DNA of 64,000 nucleotides from assembly GCF_006345805.1 (NCBI RefSeq), contig NC_043003.1:68386001-68450000 (forward strand). Reading direction: 5' to 3'. The first letter of the stretch is position 1. Each line of letters starts with the position of its first letter. Below, in pieces: positions 51,821 through 64,000 of this stretch. The position numbers and the translations under genes were made by a program. Origin of the DNA: Octopus sinensis (lineage: Eukaryota). The notes beneath the pieces were generated by a model. It was not told the origin of the DNA. It saw only the letters and a program-made list of their open reading frames with translations, and made no database searches.

Positions 51821-52195
51821 GATGAATTAGGGTAAATGTTTTTAAATTTTCACCTAATTTCTGAATTAATAATACTTGGCGGTGTGAGTTATGGCTGCTC
51901 TTTCTGGTGGACGAGTGACCTGTTGGGGTCACTCCTAAATCGTTATATTTATATATTTAGTCGATGACTATTTTCTCTTTTTCACCAGGCCGCTGGTTGC
52001 GATAAATTTCTATTGAATTTTTTTGCTACCCTAAATTGACTAATTGATAATTTTCTGAATAATTCTGAGATTAAATCGGCAGTTTATATTTACTGTTGAT
52101 AAGTTTGGCGCGAATACGTCAGTCTTGAAAATTTTAAGTCAGATATCCCGTAGGCATCAATACAGACGCCTCGTGTATATTTGTCTCTCCCAGGT

Positions 52196-52299
52196 CTTTT
52201 ACTGATGAAGTGTAACCTATGGTAGATTGGCTTAATTTAATTAATTTAATTAAGCTAATTTAATCATTAATGACACAGAAACGTTGCAACGTCTAAAAG
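52196..52299 (+). ncRNA. Type I hammerhead ribozyme (array)
   Basis: CUGAUGA at 52202-08; GUC ends at 52293. Confidence 0.78.
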
Positions 52300-52536
52300 G
52301 ATGAATTAGGGTAAATGTTTTTAAATTTTCACCTAATTTCTGAATTAATAATACTTGGCGGTGTGAGTTATGGCTGCTCTTTCTGGTGGACGAGTGACCT
52401 GTTGGGGTCACTCTAAATCGTTATATTTATATATTTAGTCGATGACTATTTTCTCTTTTTCACCAGGCCGCTGGTTGCGATAAATTTCTATTGAATTTTT
52501 TGCTACCCTAAATTGACTAATATATATATATAATAT

Positions 52537-52651
<115 letters not shown>

Positions 52652-52878
52652 TAGGCGAGCTGGCAGAAACGTTTATCACGCCGGGTGAAATGCTTAGCGG
52701 TATTTCGTCTGTCGTTACATTCTGAGTTCAAATTCCGCCGGGGTCGACTTTGCCTTTCATTCTCTCGGGGTCGATAAATAAAGTACCAGTTTCGCACTGG
52801 GTCGATATAATCGACTTAATCCCCTTGTCTGTCCTTGTTTGTCCCCTCTATGTTTAGCCCATTGTGGGCAATAAAGAA

Positions 52879-52880
<2 letters not shown>
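52652..52880 (+). mobile_element. SINE family B, intact copy in (TA)n
   Basis: aggcgagctggcagaaacg (A-box-like), gagttcaaattcc (B box), gcctttcattctctcggggtcgataaataaagtaccag, ending ggcaataaagaaat. Confidence 0.9.
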
Positions 52881-52922
<42 letters not shown>

Positions 52923-53069
52923 TTATGTGTGTGTATATATATACAGAGAGAGAGAGAGAGGGATGTATATCTGTGCGTTTATATTAAAATACGTGCGTTT
53001 AAAAACGTATACATTCACACTCTGGTAACTATTTACAATGAATAAATATGGCCAGAATTCATGTTAGAC

Positions 53070-53376
53070 GAAATATGCCTGTCACACATTTAAATTGCTA
53101 AAAGGCAAATACACTACAGTTACCATGGAGAATAAATCTCTCTTATTGTAAAAATGTGTGAAAACACGTGTTCGTTCAGTGTCGCCATCGATTAGGAAAC
53201 TGAGAATCGATGTTTCGAGCTATTTTGGCTCTCGTCAATGTGATCTACCTAACATCGTTGCCTGAGATACCTAATACATGGCGACACTGAATAAACCGGT
53301 GTTTCAAAACTTTTTACTATAAGAGAGATTTATTTTCTATACTAACTGCAGTTGAAATGTGTCACAAACATATTTC
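53070..53376. repeat. Fold-back element (arms ~53070-53197 / 53270-53376) with a hammerhead-like motif in the loop (53205-53244, -)
   Basis: aataaatctctcttattgtaaaaa / tttttactataagagagatttatt; ttcagtgtcgccat / atggcgacactgaa. Loop on the minus strand: UUGACGA-gagc(caaaaua)gcuc-GAAA-ca-UC. Confidence 0.8.
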
Positions 53377-54444
53377 AACTAGTCAAAATTCTTCTCATAA
53401 CTAAACACTGCTTCGCGCTAACCTTTCTTTGAATATGTATTTTCTTGTATATATATAAAAATCATTTACCCATATGTGCTTCGGTCTGCGTCTGTGAAAT
53501 TTTTAATACTACTGGCCACACGCATGAACAGTCACATGCACATATATCTATCTATATACTTACGTATGTGATATAACTCACTTTATTTTAAAATTTCGTA
53601 CCGGTAGACAAAATGCTGGCTTCTAACCTGGATCCAAGGCTCTTTCATTGGAATTTCAAAAAAGAGCAACAGAATATTTGTGAATGTGTGTTTGTATGTG
53701 TTTATTGCCTGGGGTCAGTGCATATGTCGATTTGTACGTTTTGCTTTATGCATGTATACTCATACATATAGTTGCTTGTCTAGACATGCGCATATATACT
53801 TAAATATTAAACTTACTTTTACAAGATTTTGCATCTCTATTGATGGTCGGAGTCTGTAATCTTCTGATTAGCTTTCTCTTTTCTGGCTTTGAAAAGCGTA
53901 ATTTCTCAAGATTGTTGCTCAGGCAATTTGTTGCTTATCTTTGTAAACTTTATAAACTTGAATTTATAATTCAGATCGTGTTACAGTACATTTCTCGACA
54001 GTTTAACTTAGGTGTATACTTTTCACTGATCTTCCGCTGAATTTTGTTATCTGCTGGGCAGCTACTTTCCACTAGGGTACATACTTTCTCTTTCTTACCT
54101 CAAATCCCTTTTTTCTGATCTTTTCTGGTCTATGCATGTATATTCAACTAAGGAGGGACTCGATTTCCAACAAAGATACAACGCTTCATCTTTGGGATGT
54201 AGTTAACACAAATTCACATTTCAAACTTGAGAAAAGTCTTGCATAGTTTTACTGTTCCACTCACATATTGCACTTGCAAACGTACAAATTAGCCGGTAGA
54301 TTTCTCTTTCTGAAAATCCCAGTTTATCCAGATTCTCATTTAAGCATTTACTAACAAGTCATAGGGCTCCAATTATTATTGGTATGAGTATGTATGTATG
54401 TATGTATGTATGTATGTATGTATGTATGTATGTATGTATGTATG

Positions 54445-54645
54445 TCATTATTCAGTTTTATTCCAAGATTTCTTGGAATAAAAACAGAGAAAAAGCCTGT
54501 TTCTAAGCTAGACCCAAGGCTCCTTCATTGGGATTTCAATATCAACAGGGTATTTTTGTATGTAAGTATATGCACGTACACATTTGTATTCTTTGTTTTA
54601 TGCATGTCTTCTCATGCATATACTTGCATATCTGCACATGCTCGT
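54445..54645 (-). mobile_element. Short interspersed repeat embedded in (TATG)n; diverged second copy at ~53590-53795
   Basis: ttctaagctagacccaaggctccttcattgggatttcaa vs ttctaacctggatccaaggctctttcattggaatttcaa. The minus strand ends aataaaactgaataatga-(cata)n. Confidence 0.6.
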
Positions 54646-54668
54646 ATGTATGTATGTATGTATGTATG

Positions 54669-54700
<32 letters not shown>

Positions 54701-56576
54701 AATGTTCATGATTAAGCAATTCCATTCACAACGTATGGCATGATCCACGTCTGTAGAAAATTATGTCTATACACAGAATGGGATACAACTGTGGTACACG
54801 CCTTTGCGAAGTGAACGTTTTCACCATTCGGCAATATTGTATTTACAAAGATACACACACACATATATATACACACATGTATGTATGTGTGTGTGTGTCT
54901 GTGTGTCTGTGTGTCTGTGTCTGTGCGTGCATGTATGGATGTATTTATGTATGTATTTACGCTCTAAACACCGCCATCGATTCGCCGACTAGTTACATAA
55001 TTGCATTTCGAAACACTATCTGTACATAACATTTTGTCCACTTAGGAAGAATCTCCTTTATTCAGTATCGAATAGTGTACACATTTTGTAATGGTGTATC
55101 CTTCTTACAGAGAGATTTTGTAGTGAATAATCCCACGAGTAATCAAAGAGTTTAGATGGAGCCATAAATAACACAATAGGGTTACATAATGCATTTTCAT
55201 TTTGAATAACTGAGAGTATTCAAAGAGACTTAATGAAAGAAATATGAATATAAAATGTAATGATATGTTGTATGACTAGTTAGAAGACCAATTTTATTAC
55301 CATGGAAGCCGCATAAAATACCCTAATGCATTAACATAAAATCGAATGAAGCTTTATTAATCAATCTTGTGAGGAATATTAAACTTTGTTTGTCCCTCAT
55401 ATCTTATGATGACCATTCATCAACATTGCAAATTAATGTAATAACACTTAAGATATGGTGCCTTTTGCAAAATATTTATTAAATGAAAAATCCCCTCAGT
55501 ATGCGCCTGATTAGAATATGCAATGAGCAATGGCATAAGTGAGATTCACACCAAATATTGTAAAACACCATGCAAGATTTTCGATACTCTTTTTTTCAAA
55601 TACATTTGAATTTTGTGCACGAGAAATGCAGCTATCTTATACAATGCGGTATTTTGACTTTGTAAGTGTTTATCTCCATATAATAAACATACTTACATTC
55701 AAAGTTATTCTTATTCTGTTACAACAGTATTTTAATTCTTACATGAAGACAAATTTCGTTAGACCGCTATAAACTGCAATTCATTTAAGGAAATTTAAAA
55801 TGGACCGGGGAATCCTAATAATTTTCGATGAAAAACTAGTTGTTATTTCCATTGATATCAGAAGCCTTGATGCAGAGGCAAAGAGTGTCTTAAATCTTAA
55901 TTATTGACCATTTAAATAATTCACATATAATAATTTGGGACCTATTCATTTTAGTATTATCACATGTACCTTATTGTGCAATCTGCGACAAATGCCATGC
56001 GTTGGCTGTTTCGTCAATCCGGGAATATAACACGATATATTCTCAGCATTCTAAACAAAACTTTTGATCGGACGAAGGACATGACAATAAACGGAATAAA
56101 GGCTTGGCTTAGGACTACACGAAAACGATAATTAAAATGATAATAATATCAATAATTAAAAACCTTAGGGCTGCAAGGCAAGATAAAAATGGGTAACGCG
56201 AAAGAGAAATAAAAACTGTCTTAAACACAGGACTAGAGCGAGGAGCTCAATAAATCTTGACTAATAGATGCATGATAATCATTGAAACGTTTATAGCGAT
56301 TAAACCAACAGAGAACATTAAAGGTCGAATGTAAATAAAAGTTAGGCTTTCAAAGCCGATCAAGTTCAAAAGGTATAATGAAGACCTTACAGATATAAAA
56401 GCCTTCTGCACAGCGACGCCGTGTGATCTACGATCTATTTTGCCGAATGCCTTAGCGACGGATCGCTTCTTGAACGACACCTCTATCGTCTTTCTAATGT
56501 AAATACTCTTCTCTCTTCTATAACCTTCTGTTCTTTTCCTTCGTTCTTCTCCTTATAGACACGCACACTCATTCTA

Positions 56577-56634
<58 letters not shown>

Positions 56635-56650
56635 ACACATACAGCCACAC

Positions 56651-56939
56651 TTACTCTTTTACTCTTTTATTTCTTTCAGTTATTTGACCGCGGCCATGCT
56701 AGAGCACCGCCTTTAGTTGAACAAATCGGCTCTAGGACTTATTTTTGTAAGCCTAGTACTTATTTTATCGGTTTCATCTGCCGCACTGCTAGATTACAGG
56801 GACGCAAACACACCTACATTGGTTGTCAAGTAATGACGTGGGGACAAACACAGACACACAAACATATACACACGCACATACACACACGCGCGCACACGCA
56901 CGCACGCACACACACACGCACACGCACACACACAAACAG

Positions 56940-56991
<52 letters not shown>

Positions 56992-57126
56992 GTATATATA
57001 CGACTGGATTCCTTCAGTTTCCGTCTACGAAATCCACTCACAAGACTTCAGTCGCCCAAGGCTATAGTAGAAGACACTCGTTCAGAACCATGTGGTTGGT
57101 AATCAAAGCAAGCTAGTTACCACACA
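56651..57126 (-). mobile_element. SINE family A with expanded internal (CA)n(TA)n
   Basis: ttactcttttactctttt tail, gcggccatgctagagcaccgcc, ccactcacaag, gaaccatgtggttggtaa. Confidence 0.85.
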
Positions 57127-57130
57127 ACCC

Positions 57131-57735
57131 TTTAGGCACAAGGCCCGAAAATTTAGGTAAGAAGGCCAGCTAATTACATCGACCCCAGTACACAACTGGT
57201 ACTTAATTTATCGACCCCGAAAGGATAAAAGGTAGAGTGGACCTCAGCGGGATTTGAACTCAGAGCATAAAGACAGAGGAAATACCCCTAAGCATTGCGC
57301 CCGGCGTGCTAACGTTTTTTATTTCTTTATTGCCCACAAGTGGCTAGACGTAGAGGCGACAAACAAGGAGAGACAAAGGGATTTAGTCGATTAGATCGAC
57401 CCCAGTGCGTAACTGGTACTTATTTAATCGACCCCGAAAGGATGAAAGGCAATGTCGACCTCGGCGGAATTTGAACTCAGAACGCAGCGGCAGAAGAAAT
57501 ACCTCTTTCTGTACTACCCACAAGGGGCTAAAAACAGAGAGGACAAACAAGGATTGACAAACGGATTAGGTCGATTATATCGACCCCAGTGCGTAACTGG
57601 TACTTATTTAATCGACTCCGAAAAGATGAAAGGCAAAGTCGACCTCGGCGGAATTTAAACTCAGAACGTAACGGGAGACTAAATACCGCTAAATATTTCG
57701 CCCGACATGCTAATGATTCTGCCAGCCCGCCGCTT
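57131..57735 (-). mobile_element. SINE family B cluster (three units)
   Basis: Three copies of actggtacttatttaatcgaccccgaaaggatgaaaggc...gacctcggcggaatttgaactcag. Confidence 0.88.
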
Positions 57736-59609
57736 TAGACAATTCATATATCGTAACAGTTTCAACTCGCAATTTTATGAGCAACGTTATGCCTATTCAC
57801 GTGAAGAACTCTTTCATTCTTAATTGTTGTTTTAGCCTTGTTTATTCTTTGAGTAACCTCTACGCGAAAGCGGAGTCCCTCTCCTACTATTGTGAGTAAA
57901 TACTTGAATATTTTACTTGGTCTTGTTTTAGCTTCAGTCCACCTATCTTCATTATTTCTTCCTTTTGTTCTGTCTTACTTATAAATCATTTTTTTTTTTT
58001 TTTTTTGTATTCGTATTTTACGTTTGCAACATCAAAAGTTCTTGTAATTTCTCATGACTGCCTGTATTTCTTAACGTTATTTCATTCCTAAAATAAATTG
58101 AAAATGCCCAGAAACTGTTGTTTTTGGAGTTAAGCAACTTAGGAAAATAAAACCATTCCTATAACGTGTGGAAACTGGAGTTCTCAAGGACCTGGAGCGC
58201 ATCGATATTAATGGAACTAATAAAGAAAGTAAACGCCATCCAGCCTTTAAACACCACAAATATGGCTCTTAGCAAAGCAGGATCCTTAAAGCGACATTCC
58301 AATAATTGATATTTTCTCGTCTTATAATATAATGACCGTCATATTAAAGCTTAGTAGTACTGATATGTGGGATATTCTACATACACTTCTAGCCGCTATA
58401 TTGAAGCATCCAGTGAGATTAAGAACCTGGATGGCCTGTGACATAATCTTTTAATCAAATAGTCTCGTGTCATCGCATACCAGCAGACGATCCTCAATCA
58501 TGTAGGTGTGTTACTGATGGTCATTTTTTCTTCTTTTTCGTTACATTTATTTAGATAGAATTTTTAACATTCTGCAGGAGGAGAAACTATTTCTATCAGA
58601 TGCAAAATAGTATCATTGATCGTTTTAGGTATGTGCCTGCAACGGTTGTTAACTAAGATATAGAAATATATCTTTGTGCAAGCCTAACTATTTTGTACAA
58701 CCATAGATTGTATTAATTAATGTTGTAGTTTGGAGGAAATGTTTTATCAATGTCATTTCTGTGTTTAGCACAGAAAATGCATTATCATCAAGCGGAAATC
58801 TTCCCTTTCCAACTTATAACAAATTATTAAGAAAATGACAAGATAGCTCGCATCTGCAAAAATATAGTATCAAGCACAGATTTTATCAATTTTTCTTCCG
58901 TTTGGAATTATTAGCGCGCTCTGACGGAAGTCACATAAAAACACTTCCCATTCCAGATCTAATATCACATAAATTCTGTAATAACCTGCTCAGGATTTAC
59001 GTCTTTATGATAACAGCTTTACGCACGCAATGGATTTTTCATTAATGTTTATGCAGCTCCAAGACAAATTCATAAAACTAGAAAATAGTTTGCGGTCATG
59101 TTTGAAGTTGTTTGAGGGGCAAGGTTGTTGAAATATGATTTTATATGCCAGAAATTGTTATGCTTCTCTCAAAGCATCCGTTGATACCTTACTGACATCA
59201 GCATAGCTATATTGGAGGAGGCCGTATCATTTAATTTATTGGCATTTATTATGAGTCTGAGATTCCTCTAAAAGTGCAGGATGGCTGCATTGTTCCTTTT
59301 ATCTGTGTACCTTATTTCCTGTAAATCCGTTCGCTTGGTACATGAGCCAAAGCTGAACCTTGTTGGATAGCATTTTAACACCATAGGGGAAATATATTCT
59401 ATCTCACAATAATCATTTGTTATAGTTGAGATAATTCATTTTGTTATGTTGCTGATTTTTAATGTTATGGTTTTTAATGTTATCGAAGCTCATAATTCAT
59501 CGCTGAGAATTTGAAATTAACCCAATAATGCCATTGTGGAACACTAGGGCACTCAGAATTGTATATAATTTACACTAAATATTCAAATGTACCATTATAA
59601 ATTCACATG

Positions 59610-59878
59610 TTACCGAATGTAGTCTGTAGCAGGAAATTATTCCTCAAGAGCTCGAGATAGCTTCTATTGTCCATCCATACAAGAGAAAAGGAAACAGGCA
59701 GTCCTGTAACACCCACCGGGGAATTTCCCTCCCTCTCATCGCTGGCAAGATACTTGTAAGAGTCTTCCTTAACTGCGTCACTGAGCACATGGATGGCGAG
59801 TATCTTTCAGAGAATCAGTGTTTCTTCAGAGAGGGCTATGGAATCGTCGATATGATCTTTGCCGCACGCCAAGTTTAG
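59610..59878 (+). mobile_element. RTE-clade LINE RT fragment
   Basis: ASIVHPYKRKGNRQSCNTHRGISLPLIAGKILVRVFLNCVTEHMDGEYLSENQCFFREGYGIVDMIFAARQV. Confidence 0.85.
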
Positions 59879-61184
59879 GCACAGTCGATTTACTTGAAAG
59901 TGCTGGTTATTTTGATAGGTATTCATGAGATGTTTCGTGGAATGTTTTATAAATATGGATTGATCCTATCAACTCACATTTTTAACCTCCAGAGTATTGT
60001 CATACTCAATAATTTATCCAGTGATAATATAACTGTTTATTTTTTTAGTCCAGCCCGCCGATAGATATCTACGAGAATAGACCAGAGCTATTAACATGTT
60101 TCTTTTCCTGTAGGAGACTTGTACGGGAATTTAAGAGAGAAATTTAGACAGCTGGATAACAAATTATTAAGCTGAAGCTCCAAACGTTTTTCTTCGAGGG
60201 CATTCCCCTTTTAATAGTGTCAATACCGTGAAGTGGACTAATACCGCAAGTAGCATTTGGCATGACTGAGTTTAAGGTATGGTAAGAAATGAATATGAAA
60301 GGGTGAGAGCTCGTCGCAGCTACCTAGAGGTATTGCACCCAACATAAGTATCAAACCAAGAGCAATCAACTAAAGTTTTTCTTTCATCTCAGATTTGATT
60401 AAATTTGCCGTTTGTATTATAACCTAAATAATATGAATATAAATAATAATTGATTTTTGATTCCCAATTCATGTGGTGATTCCACATTACAATATGTCTG
60501 AAGAGAAGTTTTCTCAAATTAAATCATTTGGAAGCATCATAAGGCGAGCTATAACCCCGACTGATGCGCAGCCTGAAACAAAACGTAATGAAAGTAGTGA
60601 ATCGGAGATTCAAATCATAAACATTATATTGCAACGAAAATTACTGTCAATCACTGGATGGGGGAAACATTGTTCAACTGAACGAAATGTAAAGTCTGTA
60701 AAGAATAAATTATTTCATTCAGCAAGACAAAGAAGTTCAGGCATGAATAGATATTTTCTTTGTGGATGTACAAATATATGTAAAACAAGTTAGAGGTGAC
60801 TCAAAGGTTTATAGACGTCCGGCTGAGATTTTCAAATACGAAGAGTAGGTGTTTGCGGCGTCAAAAGAAACCAACCGATTACATAAATTATTCTGCTACG
60901 TGTTAATCTCAAAATGAATTCATATTTCTTTGTATCTCTCACTGCGACGGGTGCACTGGCGTGTCCGTGCACGTGTGTGCTTGTGTGTTTGTGTGAGAGT
61001 GAGAGACATTCTTTTATCGGTTTTTCTATGTGTGTATCACCTAGGAAATATATAGAAGTCGACATTGATATATAAGCTGCAAACATTGGAAATAACCATT
61101 CGACAGTATTTATTAATGTATCCGACAACAATTTTGTCACTTTTCATTCCTTTTCTTTATCTGTTTCTCATATATACGTACTCA

Positions 61185-61197
61185 TACATATATATAT

Positions 61198-61285
<88 letters not shown>

Positions 61286-61310
61286 TGTGTGTATGTGTGT
61301 GTGTGTGTGT

Positions 61311-61344
<34 letters not shown>

Positions 61345-61478
61345 GTATAAATATATGTGTATGTGTGTATGCATATATTTATATATATATATATATATAT
61401 ATAACTGTGTGTGTATTTGTAAGTATTTATGTATATATATAACTATATATATATATACATTCATACACATATCCCTAC

Positions 61479-61539
<61 letters not shown>

Positions 61540-61575
61540 TACAAATATATAATATATATATATATGTGTGTGTGA
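61185..61575. repeat. (TA)n/(TG)n microsatellite block
   Basis: Direct reading. Confidence 0.93.
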
Positions 61576-64000
61576 GCGCATGTCTCTATATTCATCTCTG
61601 TATGCTTGCATGCATTTATTCATATAAGCCTGTATAGACGATAAATCTATTACCGGCATTATTGCATTTTCTATGTTACAAGTTTTGCGTTTCGTGATAA
61701 ACATAGTTAATTCCTTACAAAAACACGTCTGAAAGCAGACTAAGGGAAAATGGAAATATTAAATTCGTCGTGAAACAAATTCTGATTGCAGAATTTAGTT
61801 AGTCTTGTCGTCTCGGGAAAACTAATCAACTGTCCTATTATGGATTTCTATGATAGCATCAGATTCAGTTGGAAATTTGGAAATTATCACCAAACATTTA
61901 TGGAAATTTACGTATTGTTAAATATTCCCTGACCATTACCTAGAAACTCTTTATTGGTATCCAAACAAATACTTCTCTCGTCACTACTGAGATATTTTGT
62001 CATTATTCCTAAATGTTTATTTAACTATCAATTGTGTGTGTGTGTATTTGTGCCTCTGTGTGTGTGTGTGTTTGTGTATGTGTGTGTGTGTGTGTGTTGT
62101 GTGTGTGTGTGTGTGTGTATGTGTGTGTGTGTGTGTATGATGCTTTGATCGATATTTCGCGTTTGCCTCGTAAATATCCATGATGTATTTCCTGAACAAA
62201 TAGGCTCGGTTGAAAATAGTAAAACGATATGTCTAGAATCATTGGTCATAACATGAATAAATATACCGATGCTTATGTAAGTCTAAGTATTGCTATTCGA
62301 CAATAATAACATGCGACATTCTATGAAAATCTCGTAATTAACTGCAGATATATTCAAAGAAATATCGAAGAACATAAAATAGATTTCTGCCGATTCCAAA
62401 ATGTATGGTAGCTTGCTTTTCCTTTACTATTTAAGAGAGTAACAAGCGAAAGTGAGCAGATGTATTAGGAATTATACTGGCTCCAACGAGCTGGGGACAG
62501 TGTAATAGCAATTTAAAAGGGATTAGAGAGTACGGCTATGGAGAATAGGCTGGATTGTGTTGTTGAGGGACGTCATCCAAATCAGTTGAATGAACTTTCT
62601 TATGAGATCTGTGATCTATAAATGTTATATATGTGTAGTAACAGTAGTGTCATGGAAGTGGGCGAAAATTTCCATAACAATATTTAAATGAATTTTGTAT
62701 AGATTTAATAAGTATCGGAAGACAATTTATTTCCAGCAACTAAAGGGGAAAACAAGTCAGTGAAAGATAATTTCATAGGTTGTGGACATGAGTTCGCCAG
62801 AAAGAAAAGGAAAGATGGTGACGTCTAAAATTATGTATGCATTAGTTTTCATGCTTCTTTGTTACATATATTTATAGTGTTTTTGTGAATATCATAAGCT
62901 TTATCGCTAAAGCAGCAACATTGATTTCTGTTGCCGTGTTTTTTGCCCTCAGTTTTTATTTTTTGTAAATGTTATCGTAATGCGTTGAGAATTTCCCTTA
63001 CTCGTGGTTTATGTTATTTGTGTGTATGTAAATTTATTGTTTGTTGTAGTTTCCCTTGGAACACATATTCTAGTTATATATGAATCTGCGCCTAACATTT
63101 TGGGATTCTTCATATGCAAACGATCATTGAATGCCTCAACATTTCATTTCTATCCTAATACTTTTATGTTTAACTCGTTAGCTGAAGGCTGCTGCGGTAA
63201 ACTGAAAGAAAATATTACTGGAAATGTGTAATAAGCTTGGATATCTCTTCCCACAAATGTGGGATTTTTCTTTATACCGTCATATCTGCGCCTGCATTTT
63301 CTTCTAATTATTCATTAAACGTTCAATTTAGCAAACCATTATTTGTGGTACCGACGCACAGCGTGACGTATTCACCTGTATGTTTGATAAATCCTGTCAA
63401 AATCTTTCTGCCAATCAATCCATGACATACTGAACCAAATCTTACTCTTCTATTGATTTACATTATCGTTTTGCTCATCAACAATTGATATTTAGCGTAT
63501 GATGCTTTCCAAGAAACCATGGTTGGTGAAATGATTCTTATGGCTATGGATTTCTTAGGCTTTGAAATTTGTTTCAGGGGATCAATTTGGTTTCTGTCTT
63601 TACAAGACGCTCAGATGTTGCTGCTACTTCTTTGCGGACTTATACATAGTTTTGCCGTCAATGTATTCGTGTGTGAGAACTGCGAATTTAATCACCTCCT
63701 GGTGTATTATTTCTCTTCCATGAAAATGTCCTCACACCGTAGTTATCCATATAAACGCTATGTACCTCTTTCATTTGTTAATGTACTGTTCTCAATTACA
63801 TTTACGTATAGAAGTAAAAAAAAAAGAACACTCGTGGATTGGAACTGAACCGTTTGTTTGTTGAGAGAATTTATTATAGATTTCCATATCGCCAGAATCT
63901 TTTCTATGTAACAAGGATTTACGTCTTCAGATTTATTTCTTCAGATGTCTTGATTTCGAGCAAGTGTATTTTTGTTATTTTGTTTTATTTATTTCTCATC

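Larger units (their letters stand above)
48757..52520. repeat. Tandem array of a ~473 bp hammerhead-containing unit (retrozyme-like), about 3.5 units on - and 4.5 units on +, inverted at ~50393
   Basis: Left-arm unit starts 48757, 49230, 49701, 50175 (periods 473, 471, 474). Right-arm cleavage triplets end at 50393, 50867, 51341, 51814, 52293. Units differ almost only by 1-4 nt indels. (TA)n on both flanks. Confidence 0.97.

Noticed and set aside
48757-52520. CRISPR array or coding tandem repeat interpretation
   Set aside because: Units are identical along their whole length with no variable spacers, there are no cas genes, the context is eukaryotic, and there is no meaningful ORF in the unit.

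Overview
AT-rich, gene-free animal genomic DNA, saturated with microsatellites and decayed transposons. The SINE and microsatellite make-up resembles octopus/cephalopod DNA (inference, no search run). I find no supportable host protein-coding exon; almost all listed ORFs are microsatellite read-throughs or transposon remnants. Recognisable elements: three tRNA-derived SINE families; six R4/Dong-type RLE LINE fragments, mostly in (TAA)n; a Tx1/L1-type and two RTE LINE fragments; one complete but frameshifted mariner plus other Tc1/mariner pieces; and two Penelope-like elements (a long RT+GIY-YIG remnant, and a GIY-YIG-only piece with inverted terminal repeats). The highlight is a 3.76 kb array (48757-52520) of a near-identical ~473 bp non-coding unit, each carrying a type I hammerhead ribozyme motif. 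The array sits in (TA)n and flips orientation exactly at the predicted self-cleavage site (50393/50394). It looks like a retrozyme-type (circular or multimeric RNA) element copied in by Penelope-type reverse transcription. Several other fold-back elements in the window also carry hammerhead cores.
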